DNA of 40,430 bases from the IMG/VR virus record IMGVR_UViG_3300025297_000002. One strand, written 5' to 3'. The notes under the pieces were generated by a model that had not been told where the DNA came from, did not search any database, and was given only the letters and a program-made list of their open reading frames with translations. The first letter of the stretch is position 1. Each line of letters starts with the position of its first letter. Origin of the DNA: a virus. Positions 24,704 through 31,560 of this stretch are shown piece after piece. The translations under genes and the position numbers were made by a program.

Positions 24704-25104
24704 TATCCGCGCCCTCTCGTCACCGTTGCCCGCTCTTGGATTGCGCCCCAGGCGATGAGCTGGGCGAACGCCGCATCCACACCGCGCACGAGCGCCGCCG
24801 GGATGCCTCGGGCCTTCATCGCGTCGAGGAATTTGAGCTGCTCGTCGCGCACTGTTCCGGTGGTCGTTTTCAGCTCCAGAACATGCAGCAGGCCATTCGG
24901 CGAGATCAGCAGGAAATCGCTCCAGCCGCGTTGCAGGCCCATGCGCCAGAGCCGCGCGCCGGTCGCGCCGGTGCGATACTCGCCGGCCGGGAAATGCGTC
25001 CAGAACCACCCAGGATTGACCGCGACGCGCAAGAGATCAGCCACCGCCACGGTGATGGCATATTCGCTCGCATCGGCGAGGCGCACGAGATCGCGGGCGC
25101 TCAT
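24703..25104 (-). CDS. VRR-NUC domain nuclease (133 aa)
   Basis: ...GWSDFLLISPNGLLHVLELKTTTGTVRDEQLKFLD... fits the PD-(D/E)xK core of VRR-NUC. Confidence 0.7.
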   Translation of the reverse strand: MSARDLVRLADASEYAITVAVADLLRVAVNPGWFWTHFPAGEYRTGATGARLWRMGLQRGWSDFLLISPNGLLHVLELKTTTGTVRDEQLKFLDAMKARGIPAALVRGVDAAFAQLIAWGAIQERATVTRGRG

Positions 25105-25394
25105 GGCTTGGCCTTCTCACGACGCTTGCGGGCTTGGCCGCCCCAGTCGCGATTGTCGTTCTCGGCCGGCGGCCAGCCGCACCATGCGTTTGGGTCGACC
25201 ACGCCGCGCGTTGCCGCTGCGATGCGCATCAGCACGTCACGGCTCGGCCAGGGCGGGCCATCGGCGATCAGTTGCGACAGATAGGCCTCGGAAACGCCGA
25301 TGATCCTGGCAAAGTCGCGTTGGCTTGGTGCGCCTTCCTGGGCCAGGAAAGCGCGCAAGGGATTGTAATCGACGCGCGGTCGGCGCTCGCCCAT
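25101..25394 (-). CDS. Cro-like HTH regulator (97 aa), first gene of the minus-strand early operon
   Basis: ...SQRDFARIIGVSEAYLSQLIAD... Divergent from the CI-like gene. Confidence 0.6.
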   Translation of the reverse strand: MGERRPRVDYNPLRAFLAQEGAPSQRDFARIIGVSEAYLSQLIADGPPWPSRDVLMRIAAATRGVVDPNAWCGWPPAENDNRDWGGQARKRREKAKP

Positions 25395-25410
25395 GGTCGT
25401 GCCTCAAATG

Positions 25411-25423
25411 TGAATGCGGTTGA
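25411..25423. promoter_or_regulatory. Operator-like site TGAATGCGGTTGA just downstream of the Cro-side promoter
   Basis: Matches 11 of 13 positions of the reverse complement of the site at 25504-16. Confidence 0.35.
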
Positions 25424-25431
25424 TGCCAGGA

Positions 25432-25459
25432 ACGTTACACTGTGTTTCGGCCGCGTCAA
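25432..25459 (-). promoter_or_regulatory. Candidate early promoter (Cro side): TTGACG-N16-TAACGT
   Basis: Read on the minus strand. Both hexamers and the spacing are identical to the plus-strand promoter at 26310-37. Confidence 0.5.
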
Positions 25460-25500
25460 ACAGCACCCGCAACGCTGCTTAAGGCCTCACCGTCTAATCA

Positions 25501-25517
25501 CGTTCAACAGCGTTCAA
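25501..25517. promoter_or_regulatory. Operator-like direct repeat CGTTCAA-cag-CGTTCAA
   Basis: Seen directly. Lies between the divergent CI and Cro promoter candidates. Confidence 0.4.
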
Positions 25518-25662
25518 ATCTGTGCAATTGCCGAATGACCCTGTTTTACGATATTCTCCTTAACGACCCTGCATTTGCATGGTTCGGTGTCGCTGGGAAA
25601 AATGGGGATTAAATTTTTTTTGGCGGCACTGTGGACAACGGCCTAACGAGGGGGGTTCCTCA

Positions 25663-26127
25663 ATGGCAAAGTCAGAAATGGAAGACGAAACGACACACGC
25701 GCGCGCCAAGCATGATGTCGTCCATTACATAAGAGAATGGCGCACTCACCGAGGCCTGACGGTTGACGGCCTGGGCGAGGCGGCCGGGATATCCGGCTCA
25801 ATGGTGTCGCAACTCGAAAGAGGGCGCACGACTTACACGCAAACCACCCTGCAAAAGATAGCGGAAGCATTGAATGTACAGCCTTGGAAGCTATTGGCCG
25901 CCGGCCCCGATGAAGATCAAAGATTGTGGACTGTAGTTCTTCAATCCAGCTTGCCAGAGATCGGCCTGGACCTCGACGAGGCTGGGAAAAACATCGTCTC
26001 GATGCTGATTTCTAACAATTACCGCGCAGCAATTCGGTCGGCCTGTTCGATCTTCGGCAAGGGCATCGTGCCCGATTTCGACGCCGACGAGTTCACTTTC
26101 AAATGGGAAGGCGGGCCGGGCGGTTAA
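25663..26127 (+). CDS. CI-like XRE-family repressor (154 aa)
   Basis: ATG at 25663 with a GAGGGGGG RBS. ...REWRTHRGLTVDGLGEAAGISGSMVSQLERGRTTYTQTTLQKIAEAL. No S24 peptidase motif seen. Confidence 0.7.
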   Translation: MAKSEMEDETTHARAKHDVVHYIREWRTHRGLTVDGLGEAAGISGSMVSQLERGRTTYTQTTLQKIAEALNVQPWKLLAAGPDEDQRLWTVVLQSSLPEIGLDLDEAGKNIVSMLISNNYRAAIRSACSIFGKGIVPDFDADEFTFKWEGGPGG

Positions 26128-26157
26128 AACTCGAATCACTTTCGAGGTATCGATGAG

Positions 26158-26187
26158 CGGCCCCGTCAAGCGGGGCCGTTCGCTTTT
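26158..26187 (+). terminator. Intrinsic terminator after the repressor gene
   Basis: CGGCCCCG-tcaag-CGGGGCCG followed by TTCGCTTTT. Confidence 0.65.
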
Positions 26188-26309
26188 CCAGGCGCGGCAA
26201 GGCTTTGCGACATTTTCGCCCTGTTGAAAACCCTGTGAACAACTTTGAACACTGAGGCCGAAAAGCGCAACGACGCTTAAGGCGCGGTCGCCGTTTGTTC
26301 TCCTGACCG

Positions 26310-26337
26310 TTGACGCAATCGGACCGTCGATTAACGT
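26310..26337 (+). promoter_or_regulatory. Candidate early promoter (recombination side): TTGACG-N16-TAACGT
   Basis: Same hexamers and spacing as the Cro-side promoter. The track's TTG 'start' at 26310 is actually this -35 hexamer. Confidence 0.5.
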
Positions 26338-26350
26338 TCAATGCGTTCAT
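26335..26350. promoter_or_regulatory. Operator-like direct repeat CGTTCAA-tg-CGTTCAT overlapping the -10/+1 of the plus-strand promoter
   Basis: Seen directly. Related to the repeat at 25501-17. Confidence 0.4.
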
Positions 26351-26399
26351 GCCACCCGCTATCAGGTTGCGCGTTTGGCGGGTTGCTGGAGGGCTCACA

Positions 26400-27317
26400 G
26401 TGGTCGAAGTGTTCGATATACCCGACAGGGAAACGTGGCTGCGTTGGCGCACTGCTGACCTCACCGCGTCGGACGTTGGAGCTGCTGCCGGCGTCGACCG
26501 TCACAAGTCGGCGCTGGCCCTCTATGCCGAGAAAACCGGGCTGTTGATGCCCCAGGGCGATAACCCTGCAATGCGTCGCGGTCGCTGGCTTGAGCCGGCG
26601 GTGATGGCGGCCCTGGCCGAGGAGCGCCCCGACTGGGCCGTGCGGCCCGTGGGCAAGTATTACCGCGACGCCGAAAACCGGCTGGCGGCGACGCCCGATT
26701 TCATGGCTGTGACCGACGAGCCCGGCTTGACCAACATTCAAGCCAAGGTCGTTGCAGCGCCCGTATATGCCCGCGACTGGGCCGAGGGGCCGCCGCTGGC
26801 CTATCAGCTCCAGACGCTCACCGAAGGCCTGCTGATGGACGCCGCGCGGTCCTATGTGGCCGCCCTGGTCGTGTCGACCTACACCGCCGAGCTGCGCTTG
26901 CATCGCATCGACCGACACGCGGCGGCCGAGGCAAAGGTGCTCGACATCGCCAAGACGTTTTGGCTGCACGTCGAGCGTCAACAGCCGCCGCCCGTCGATG
27001 CCTCCCATGACGGCGAGCTGATCGCGGCGATGTATCCCGAAGCCAAGCGCGAAGCGGTGGTCGACCTCACCGGCGACAACATGCTGGCGACGCTGCTGCC
27101 CGAGCTGGTGACGCTCAAGCGCGGCATGAGCATCGACCGCAAGCGCGCCGAGGAAATCGAAACCGAGATCAAGGCCAAGATCGGCGAGGCCGAGCGCGCC
27201 CTGGTGCCGGGCTTTGACATCACTTGGAAGTCGCAAAAGCGCAAGGCCTACACGGTGCCGGAAAAGAGCTACCGCGTCTTGCGCGTGGTCGATCTCGACG
27301 AGGAGGAAGCGGCATGA
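26400..27317 (+). CDS. YqaJ-like (lambda Exo-type) recombination exonuclease (305 aa)
   Basis: GTG at 26400, 6 nt after GGAGGG. ...RETWLRWRTADLTASDVGAAAG...ALYAEKTG...GRWLEPAV...TPDFM... fits YqaJ. Alternative starts at 26349 or 26310. Confidence 0.75.
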   Translation: MVEVFDIPDRETWLRWRTADLTASDVGAAAGVDRHKSALALYAEKTGLLMPQGDNPAMRRGRWLEPAVMAALAEERPDWAVRPVGKYYRDAENRLAATPDFMAVTDEPGLTNIQAKVVAAPVYARDWAEGPPLAYQLQTLTEGLLMDAARSYVAALVVSTYTAELRLHRIDRHAAAEAKVLDIAKTFWLHVERQQPPPVDASHDGELIAAMYPEAKREAVVDLTGDNMLATLLPELVTLKRGMSIDRKRAEEIETEIKAKIGEAERALVPGFDITWKSQKRKAYTVPEKSYRVLRVVDLDEEEAA

Positions 27318-27592
27318 CGATAGACCCTAATCGCCTGGGCGATGCCCCGATTGATCCGAGCGTCGCGGCGCTCATGCAAAGCTTGGCGCGCGGCGTTGAC
27401 GAGGTGCTCAACGGTGCCGGTCACAGGCACACCGGCTTTGTGCTGCTGGCCTTCCCGCTCAACACCGAGGAAGGCCGCGCCAACTACATTTCCAACGTCC
27501 AGCGGCCCCAGGTCGTGCAGTTGCTGCGCGCCCAGCTCGCCCGCTTCGAAGCCCAGGAGAAAGAGGCCCATGGAAACGCAAACCAGAGCTGA
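27314..27592 (+). CDS. Hypothetical protein (92 aa)
   Basis: ATGA junction with the exonuclease stop. Confidence 0.55.
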   Translation: MTIDPNRLGDAPIDPSVAALMQSLARGVDEVLNGAGHRHTGFVLLAFPLNTEEGRANYISNVQRPQVVQLLRAQLARFEAQEKEAHGNANQS

Positions 27593-28808
27593 CCGACAGG
27601 CGGCGCTCGACCAATTCGCCCAGGCGGCGACGAGCAAGGGTGAGCTGGCGACGATCTCGCCGGCTGTCACGCGGCACGACGTTTACGGTGCCCAGCCCGT
27701 CGCGGTGTATCGCGACGATGCGCGGGTCCTCCAGCAAATCAAGGTGCTGGCCGCCGCCATGGGCGAGGAATGGTATTACCGCTACCCAGTGCGCAATAAG
27801 CGCGAAAACCGCACCGACTACATCGAAGGCCCGAGCATCAAACTCGCCAACGATCTGGCGCGCATCTATGGCAACTGCGAGGTCGATTGCCGCGCCCAGG
27901 ACATGGGCTCGGCCTATCTGTTCCATGCGCGCTTCCTCGACCTCGAAACCGGCTTTGCGCTCACCCGCCCGTTTCAGCAGCGCAAGGGCGCGGCAAAGAT
28001 CGGCGGCGACGATGATCAGCGCCGCGAAGATGCGACGTTTCAAATCGGCGTGTCGAAGGCGATGCGCAACGTGGTCGTGAACGCGCTGCAAACCTATTCC
28101 GACTACGCCATGGCCGAGGCGAAAAACTCCCTGGTCGACCGCATCGGCCGTGACCTCGCTAAATGGCGTGATCGCACCATTGAGCGCGTCGGGCAGCATG
28201 TCGAAATTGCGCGCGTCGAGGCCGTCGTGGGCCGCAAGGCCAACGAATGGCTTGCGCCCGATGTCGCCCGCGTTATCGCCATGGGCAAGGCCTGCGATGA
28301 CGGCTTTGCATCCTGGCAAGAAACGTTCCCGCCACTGTCGACCGGCAGCTCGGGAAGGACCACGAAAGAGGCGCTCGACGGCTTTGCTGATGAGCGCTCA
28401 ATGGTAGGCAGTGGCGCACCGTCGCACGTCACCACTGCCGAGGCCGCCGGTGCTGCGGAAATGATCCCCTCAACTGAGGCAGCACCGGCGGCCGAACATT
28501 ACGCGGAACACCTTGGCGTTCCGGCCGGCGAGACGGTCGACAAGGAAACCGGCGAGATCACCACGCAAAAGACCGAGGCCGAGGTGCGCGACATGCAGCG
28601 CAAGGCCATCGACATGGTGATGCGCCTCGCCGGCAATCCCCAGCTCACGCTCGACGAGAAAATGCAGGAGCTGGACGCCATCGGCCCGGCCCTCGACGAC
28701 TTGCCCGAGCAATTCGTGAAAACCGCCGTGCAGACTGCCGCCAAGGTGGCGCAAGGCAAGATGAAAGCGGCCGATGCCCGGCCCTACCTTGAAGGATTGA
28801 TCAAGTGA
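27570..28808 (+). CDS. Putative single-strand annealing protein, Rad52-like N-terminal domain (412 aa)
   Basis: ATG at 27570 with an AGGAGAAAGAGG RBS. ...DYIEGPSIKLANDLARIYGN... resembles the Rad52 motif YIEG..(I/V)..LAN...G. Partnered with the YqaJ exonuclease. Confidence 0.5.
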   Translation: METQTRADRQAALDQFAQAATSKGELATISPAVTRHDVYGAQPVAVYRDDARVLQQIKVLAAAMGEEWYYRYPVRNKRENRTDYIEGPSIKLANDLARIYGNCEVDCRAQDMGSAYLFHARFLDLETGFALTRPFQQRKGAAKIGGDDDQRREDATFQIGVSKAMRNVVVNALQTYSDYAMAEAKNSLVDRIGRDLAKWRDRTIERVGQHVEIARVEAVVGRKANEWLAPDVARVIAMGKACDDGFASWQETFPPLSTGSSGRTTKEALDGFADERSMVGSGAPSHVTTAEAAGAAEMIPSTEAAPAAEHYAEHLGVPAGETVDKETGEITTQKTEAEVRDMQRKAIDMVMRLAGNPQLTLDEKMQELDAIGPALDDLPEQFVKTAVQTAAKVAQGKMKAADARPYLEGLIK

Positions 28809-29110
28809 GCGATGCACTGACCGAAAATGAAACCATCACCACCGGCATCATGCCCTCGCATTTGCGCCCGGTGCCGGATGCCGATCCGAAGCGCAAGAAA
28901 TTCGAAAAGCTGGCGTCGGCCCGCGTCAAGCGCGCGATCAAGGCAATCCGCATCGTGGCCGGCATGGGTGGCAAAAACCGCTATGCCTATTCGTTCAGCT
29001 CGGCCGATGTCGACAAGATCGCCCAGGCCCTCGACGAGGAAGTGACCACGCTGCGCGAAAAGATGATCGCGCCCGGCCGCCAGATGGATATCGAGTTCGA
29101 TTTCAAGTGA
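28805..29110 (+). CDS. Hypothetical protein (101 aa)
   Basis: GTGA junction. Track ORF. Confidence 0.5.
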   Translation: MSDALTENETITTGIMPSHLRPVPDADPKRKKFEKLASARVKRAIKAIRIVAGMGGKNRYAYSFSSADVDKIAQALDEEVTTLREKMIAPGRQMDIEFDFK

Positions 29111-29217
29111 CCAGGGAAGCCCCAGGACGCGCGTTTGCGTCGGCGGGGCCAGTGATACCTCGGGGCGCGCTCGTCGCGCTCCTAGAGCCCGCCACGGGCC
29201 AATCCAGGGGAAAGACG

Positions 29218-29478
29218 ATGACGGCCGACGAAATCACGCTGCCGCGCTATGTGACCATCACCTATTTCTTGACCCAAATGCTGGGCCGGAAGTCGCGCGG
29301 CACCTATTACAACCATATCGATGATCCGGGCTGGCCCCAGCGCGTCATGATCGGCGGCAAGCCGATGCTGAATTACGATGATTGCGCCTCCTACATCCGC
29401 CGCCAGGATCAGCTCGGCCGTGCGCCGAAGGAAAAGCCGAAGCGCCCACGCGGTCGCCCTCGCAAGGCGCGGCGCTGA
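29218..29478 (+). CDS. AlpA/excisionase-like HTH protein (86 aa) with a basic tail
   Basis: ATG at 29218 with an AGGGGAAAG RBS. ...ITLPRYVTITYFLTQMLGRKSRGTYYNHIDDPGWPQRVMIGGKPML... Confidence 0.5.
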   Translation: MTADEITLPRYVTITYFLTQMLGRKSRGTYYNHIDDPGWPQRVMIGGKPMLNYDDCASYIRRQDQLGRAPKEKPKRPRGRPRKARR

Positions 29479-29837
29479 TGCGCACGCCCGACGAAATCGC
29501 CCTCGACCTTTTCGCGTCCAGGGAAGCGCGCGACGAGGGCTTTGCAGCAGTCTCGGGCCGTGAGCCGTGGATCAAAAGCAAGGTCGGGTGGATGGCGGTC
29601 GCGATGGTCAAGGTTTCCAGCCTGCCGCCCGACTGGACCGGCACCGGCGAGGATATCCGAGTGCATTGCATGCGCCAGGGCGCGCCGATGCCTCACCATT
29701 CGAATGCCTGGGGTGGCCTGATCAATTCGTGCATCAAGGCCGGCCTACTGCATAAGACCGGCCAGCATGGGCAGATGCGCGCCGTCCGAAGCCATGCGAG
29801 ATCGACGCCGATCTACAGCCGCCGGCCGGGCCAATAA
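29478..29837 (+). CDS. Hypothetical protein (119 aa)
   Basis: TGATG junction (MRTPDEIALDLFASREARDEGF...). Confidence 0.55.
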   Translation: MRTPDEIALDLFASREARDEGFAAVSGREPWIKSKVGWMAVAMVKVSSLPPDWTGTGEDIRVHCMRQGAPMPHHSNAWGGLINSCIKAGLLHKTGQHGQMRAVRSHARSTPIYSRRPGQ

Positions 29838-29990
29838 CAGTTTGTCGACGATGCCGGGCAACCGGCGCGGGGCAGTGGGTCGCTCCCACAAAGCAGCGGC
29901 TTCCGAGTAGTAGGGCACCGCCAGGAGATAGGCCCCTGGAAGGAGGCCCCGGAAATCGTCCTTCATGTGAAGCTGTCGTCGACAGGGAAA

Positions 29991-30016
29991 GGGCCGCTCT
30001 CGGGCGGCCCTTTTCT
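29991..30016. terminator. Bidirectional terminator between the convergent plus-strand early operon and the integrase operon
   Basis: GGGCCGC-tctcgg-GCGGCCC flanked by an A-run and TTTT. Confidence 0.6.
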
Positions 30017-30203
30017 ACTTCTGCACCACCACGGCAAGGAACCGAATATGATCGGCCTCTTGCTTGTCGAGGATTTTGCGGTGGCTTCGACCCAGGCCGC
30101 GCGACTGCCAAACCGTGGCCCAGTTGTCGGTCGAAAAGAACACGCGCCCGTCGACCATTTCGAGCGTCTCGCGTTTTGGCTTCGGTGCCGTGCTGCGCTT
30201 CAT
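30015..30203 (-). CDS. Hypothetical protein (62 aa), last gene of the integrase operon
   Basis: ATGA junction at 30200-03. Confidence 0.5.
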   Translation of the reverse strand: MKRSTAPKPKRETLEMVDGRVFFSTDNWATVWQSRGLGRSHRKILDKQEADHIRFLAVVVQK

Positions 30204-30724
30204 GCGAACAGCCCCCCGAGCACTTCCATTTTTTCGGCGGCCGAGTGCTCATGTTCGGCGATGCCGCCCCGGTGCTCAATCCACCGGCCGCCGGTGAGCG
30301 ACGGCGGAAAGAGCGTGAAGCCTTCCGAGCTGCCATAGCGGATGATTGCCGCCATGCCCTTCTCGCCGCCGTAGCGGTCGAGGAAGGCGCGCAGCGCTGG
30401 GTCGCGGTGCGCGTCGGGGTGGCGAGGGTCGACCCACACTTGCAAGACGCCGATGGTCTGGCGCTCGCCGGTGTCCGAAACGGCGGTCACGTAATCCGGC
30501 ATCACGTCGACAACGTAGTGCGACACATCCGGCCGGCTCATGGCCTCGGTGCCGTCGCCCACAAGCCACATGCACGACCAAAGGCGGCAGCTCGCCGGCC
30601 GCCGGGGATATATCCGGCACCCGGTGTGACGCTGATGCTGGCACCGCTGGCCGGCCGCCTTGTTAAGCTCGGCCTGGGGCAGCAGCTTGCAACAAAGGGT
30701 GCAGTTTCCACACTTCCGGCTCAT
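30200..30724 (-). CDS. YkgJ-family Cys-cluster (CxxCxxCC Zn/Fe-chelating) protein (174 aa)
   Basis: MSRKCGNCTLCCKLL...CQHQ...GCRIYPRRPASCRLWSC. ATGA junction. Confidence 0.65.
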   Translation of the reverse strand: MSRKCGNCTLCCKLLPQAELNKAAGQRCQHQRHTGCRIYPRRPASCRLWSCMWLVGDGTEAMSRPDVSHYVVDVMPDYVTAVSDTGERQTIGVLQVWVDPRHPDAHRDPALRAFLDRYGGEKGMAAIIRYGSSEGFTLFPPSLTGGRWIEHRGGIAEHEHSAAEKMEVLGGLFA

Positions 30725-30942
30725 GCTTTCACCTTGACGCCCTTCCATAGGGCGGCCTCGGCCTTTTCCAGCTCGTCCTGCGCGCTTTTGATGAGCGCCA
30801 GGACCATTTCGGGCGAGGAGTTGGACGTGGCCTGTAGGTGCGCCTGCCCGGCGATTTGAAACGCCGCCTTTAGGTGGCGCTCCAGCTCGACAAGCCGGCG
30901 CTTCTGGCGGGCCTGTCGCAATTCTTTGTGGATCATGCTCAT
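30721..30942 (-). CDS. Hypothetical helical protein (73 aa)
   Basis: Track ORF with an ATGA junction. Confidence 0.5.
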   Translation of the reverse strand: MSMIHKELRQARQKRRLVELERHLKAAFQIAGQAHLQATSNSSPEMVLALIKSAQDELEKAEAALWKGVKVKA

Positions 30943-31310
30943 GCCAGCGCCTCCAGCTCCTCGCGAGGATATAGCCGCGCGATCTCGTCGGCGCGCAAGG
31001 CGTCGAGCGGCACGATCTCGGTGCCGTTGCGGAAAACGAGCACGGTGCGCTTGCCGTCATACATGCCTTTGAAGTCGCGATGTGTGCGCCGCCAGATGGC
31101 TTTCTCGCCCTCACTGCGTTCGATGAAATGCGGCTTGAGGCCGGCGGCGCGAAGCGCTGCAATGCTTTCCTCGGCAGAGTGGACCGGGATGCCTGCCATC
31201 TTCACGTCGCCGCGCGTCAACAGCACGGTGCCGAGCGCTTTTGTGATGGCCTCGGCGTCCTTGCCGAAGGCCTCCAGAAAATCACCGCTGCGCTGCAAAA
31301 TTACGATCAT
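30939..31310 (-). CDS. Stand-alone MutS domain I (mismatch-binding domain)-like protein (123 aa)
   Basis: ATG at 31310 with an AGGAAG RBS. IVILQRSGDFLEAFGKDAEAITKALGTVLLTRGD..VKMAGIPVHSAEESIAALRAAG parallels E. coli MutS [51 protein letters not shown] and retains the Phe-x-Glu motif. Confidence 0.6.
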   Translation of the reverse strand: MIVILQRSGDFLEAFGKDAEAITKALGTVLLTRGDVKMAGIPVHSAEESIAALRAAGLKPHFIERSEGEKAIWRRTHRDFKGMYDGKRTVLVFRNGTEIVPLDALRADEIARLYPREELEALA

Positions 31311-31560
31311 GGTTTTCTTCCTTTGTTGCCATGAGGTCGGGGTCGATCTCGATTTCGTCGATGCCGTAGTTTTCGGCGACCAAGCGCCCGGCCTGGGTCG
31401 CCAGGGCTCGGCCGATGTCGCCACCGCAAACCATCGCCATGCACTTCTCATGACCTCTTTGCGGCCCTCGGGCGAGGATCAGGGACACGGTCCAGCCGTG
31501 CCCCCAATCTTCTCTCACCCGGCGGATGATCACCTTTTCGGTGATGGTGACGGCGTCCAT
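31282..31560 (-). CDS. Hypothetical protein (92 aa)
   Basis: TAATG junction with the integrase stop. Overlaps the next gene by 29 nt. Confidence 0.5.
   Translation of the reverse strand: MDAVTITEKVIIRRVREDWGHGWTVSLILARGPQRGHEKCMAMVCGGDIGRALATQAGRLVAENYGIDEIEIDPDLMATKEENHDRNFAAQR

Noticed and set aside
25579-25662. An upstream ATG at 25579 as the repressor start.
   Set aside because: It has no RBS and gives an implausible Trp/Cys/Arg-rich 28-aa extension that runs through a T9 tract. ATG 25663 has a strong GAGGGGGG RBS.
26310-26399. The track's TTG start at 26310 (and the ATG at 26349) for the exonuclease gene.
   Set aside because: The TTG is the -35 hexamer of the predicted promoter. The first 30 codons cover the promoter and operator repeats. 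GTG 26400 has a GGAGGG RBS at ideal spacing.
26431-26443. A further near-copy (AAACGTGGCTGCG) of the attP/18.3-kb motif.
   Set aside because: It lies inside the exonuclease CDS, where it encodes the conserved E-T-W-L-R segment. It is most simply explained by coding constraint.
29745-29966. A 73-aa minus-strand ORF in the gap after the plus-strand operon.
   Set aside because: It has no RBS, starts just past the bidirectional terminator, and overlaps the 3' end of the convergent 119-aa gene by about 90 nt. It is likely non-coding 3' UTR.
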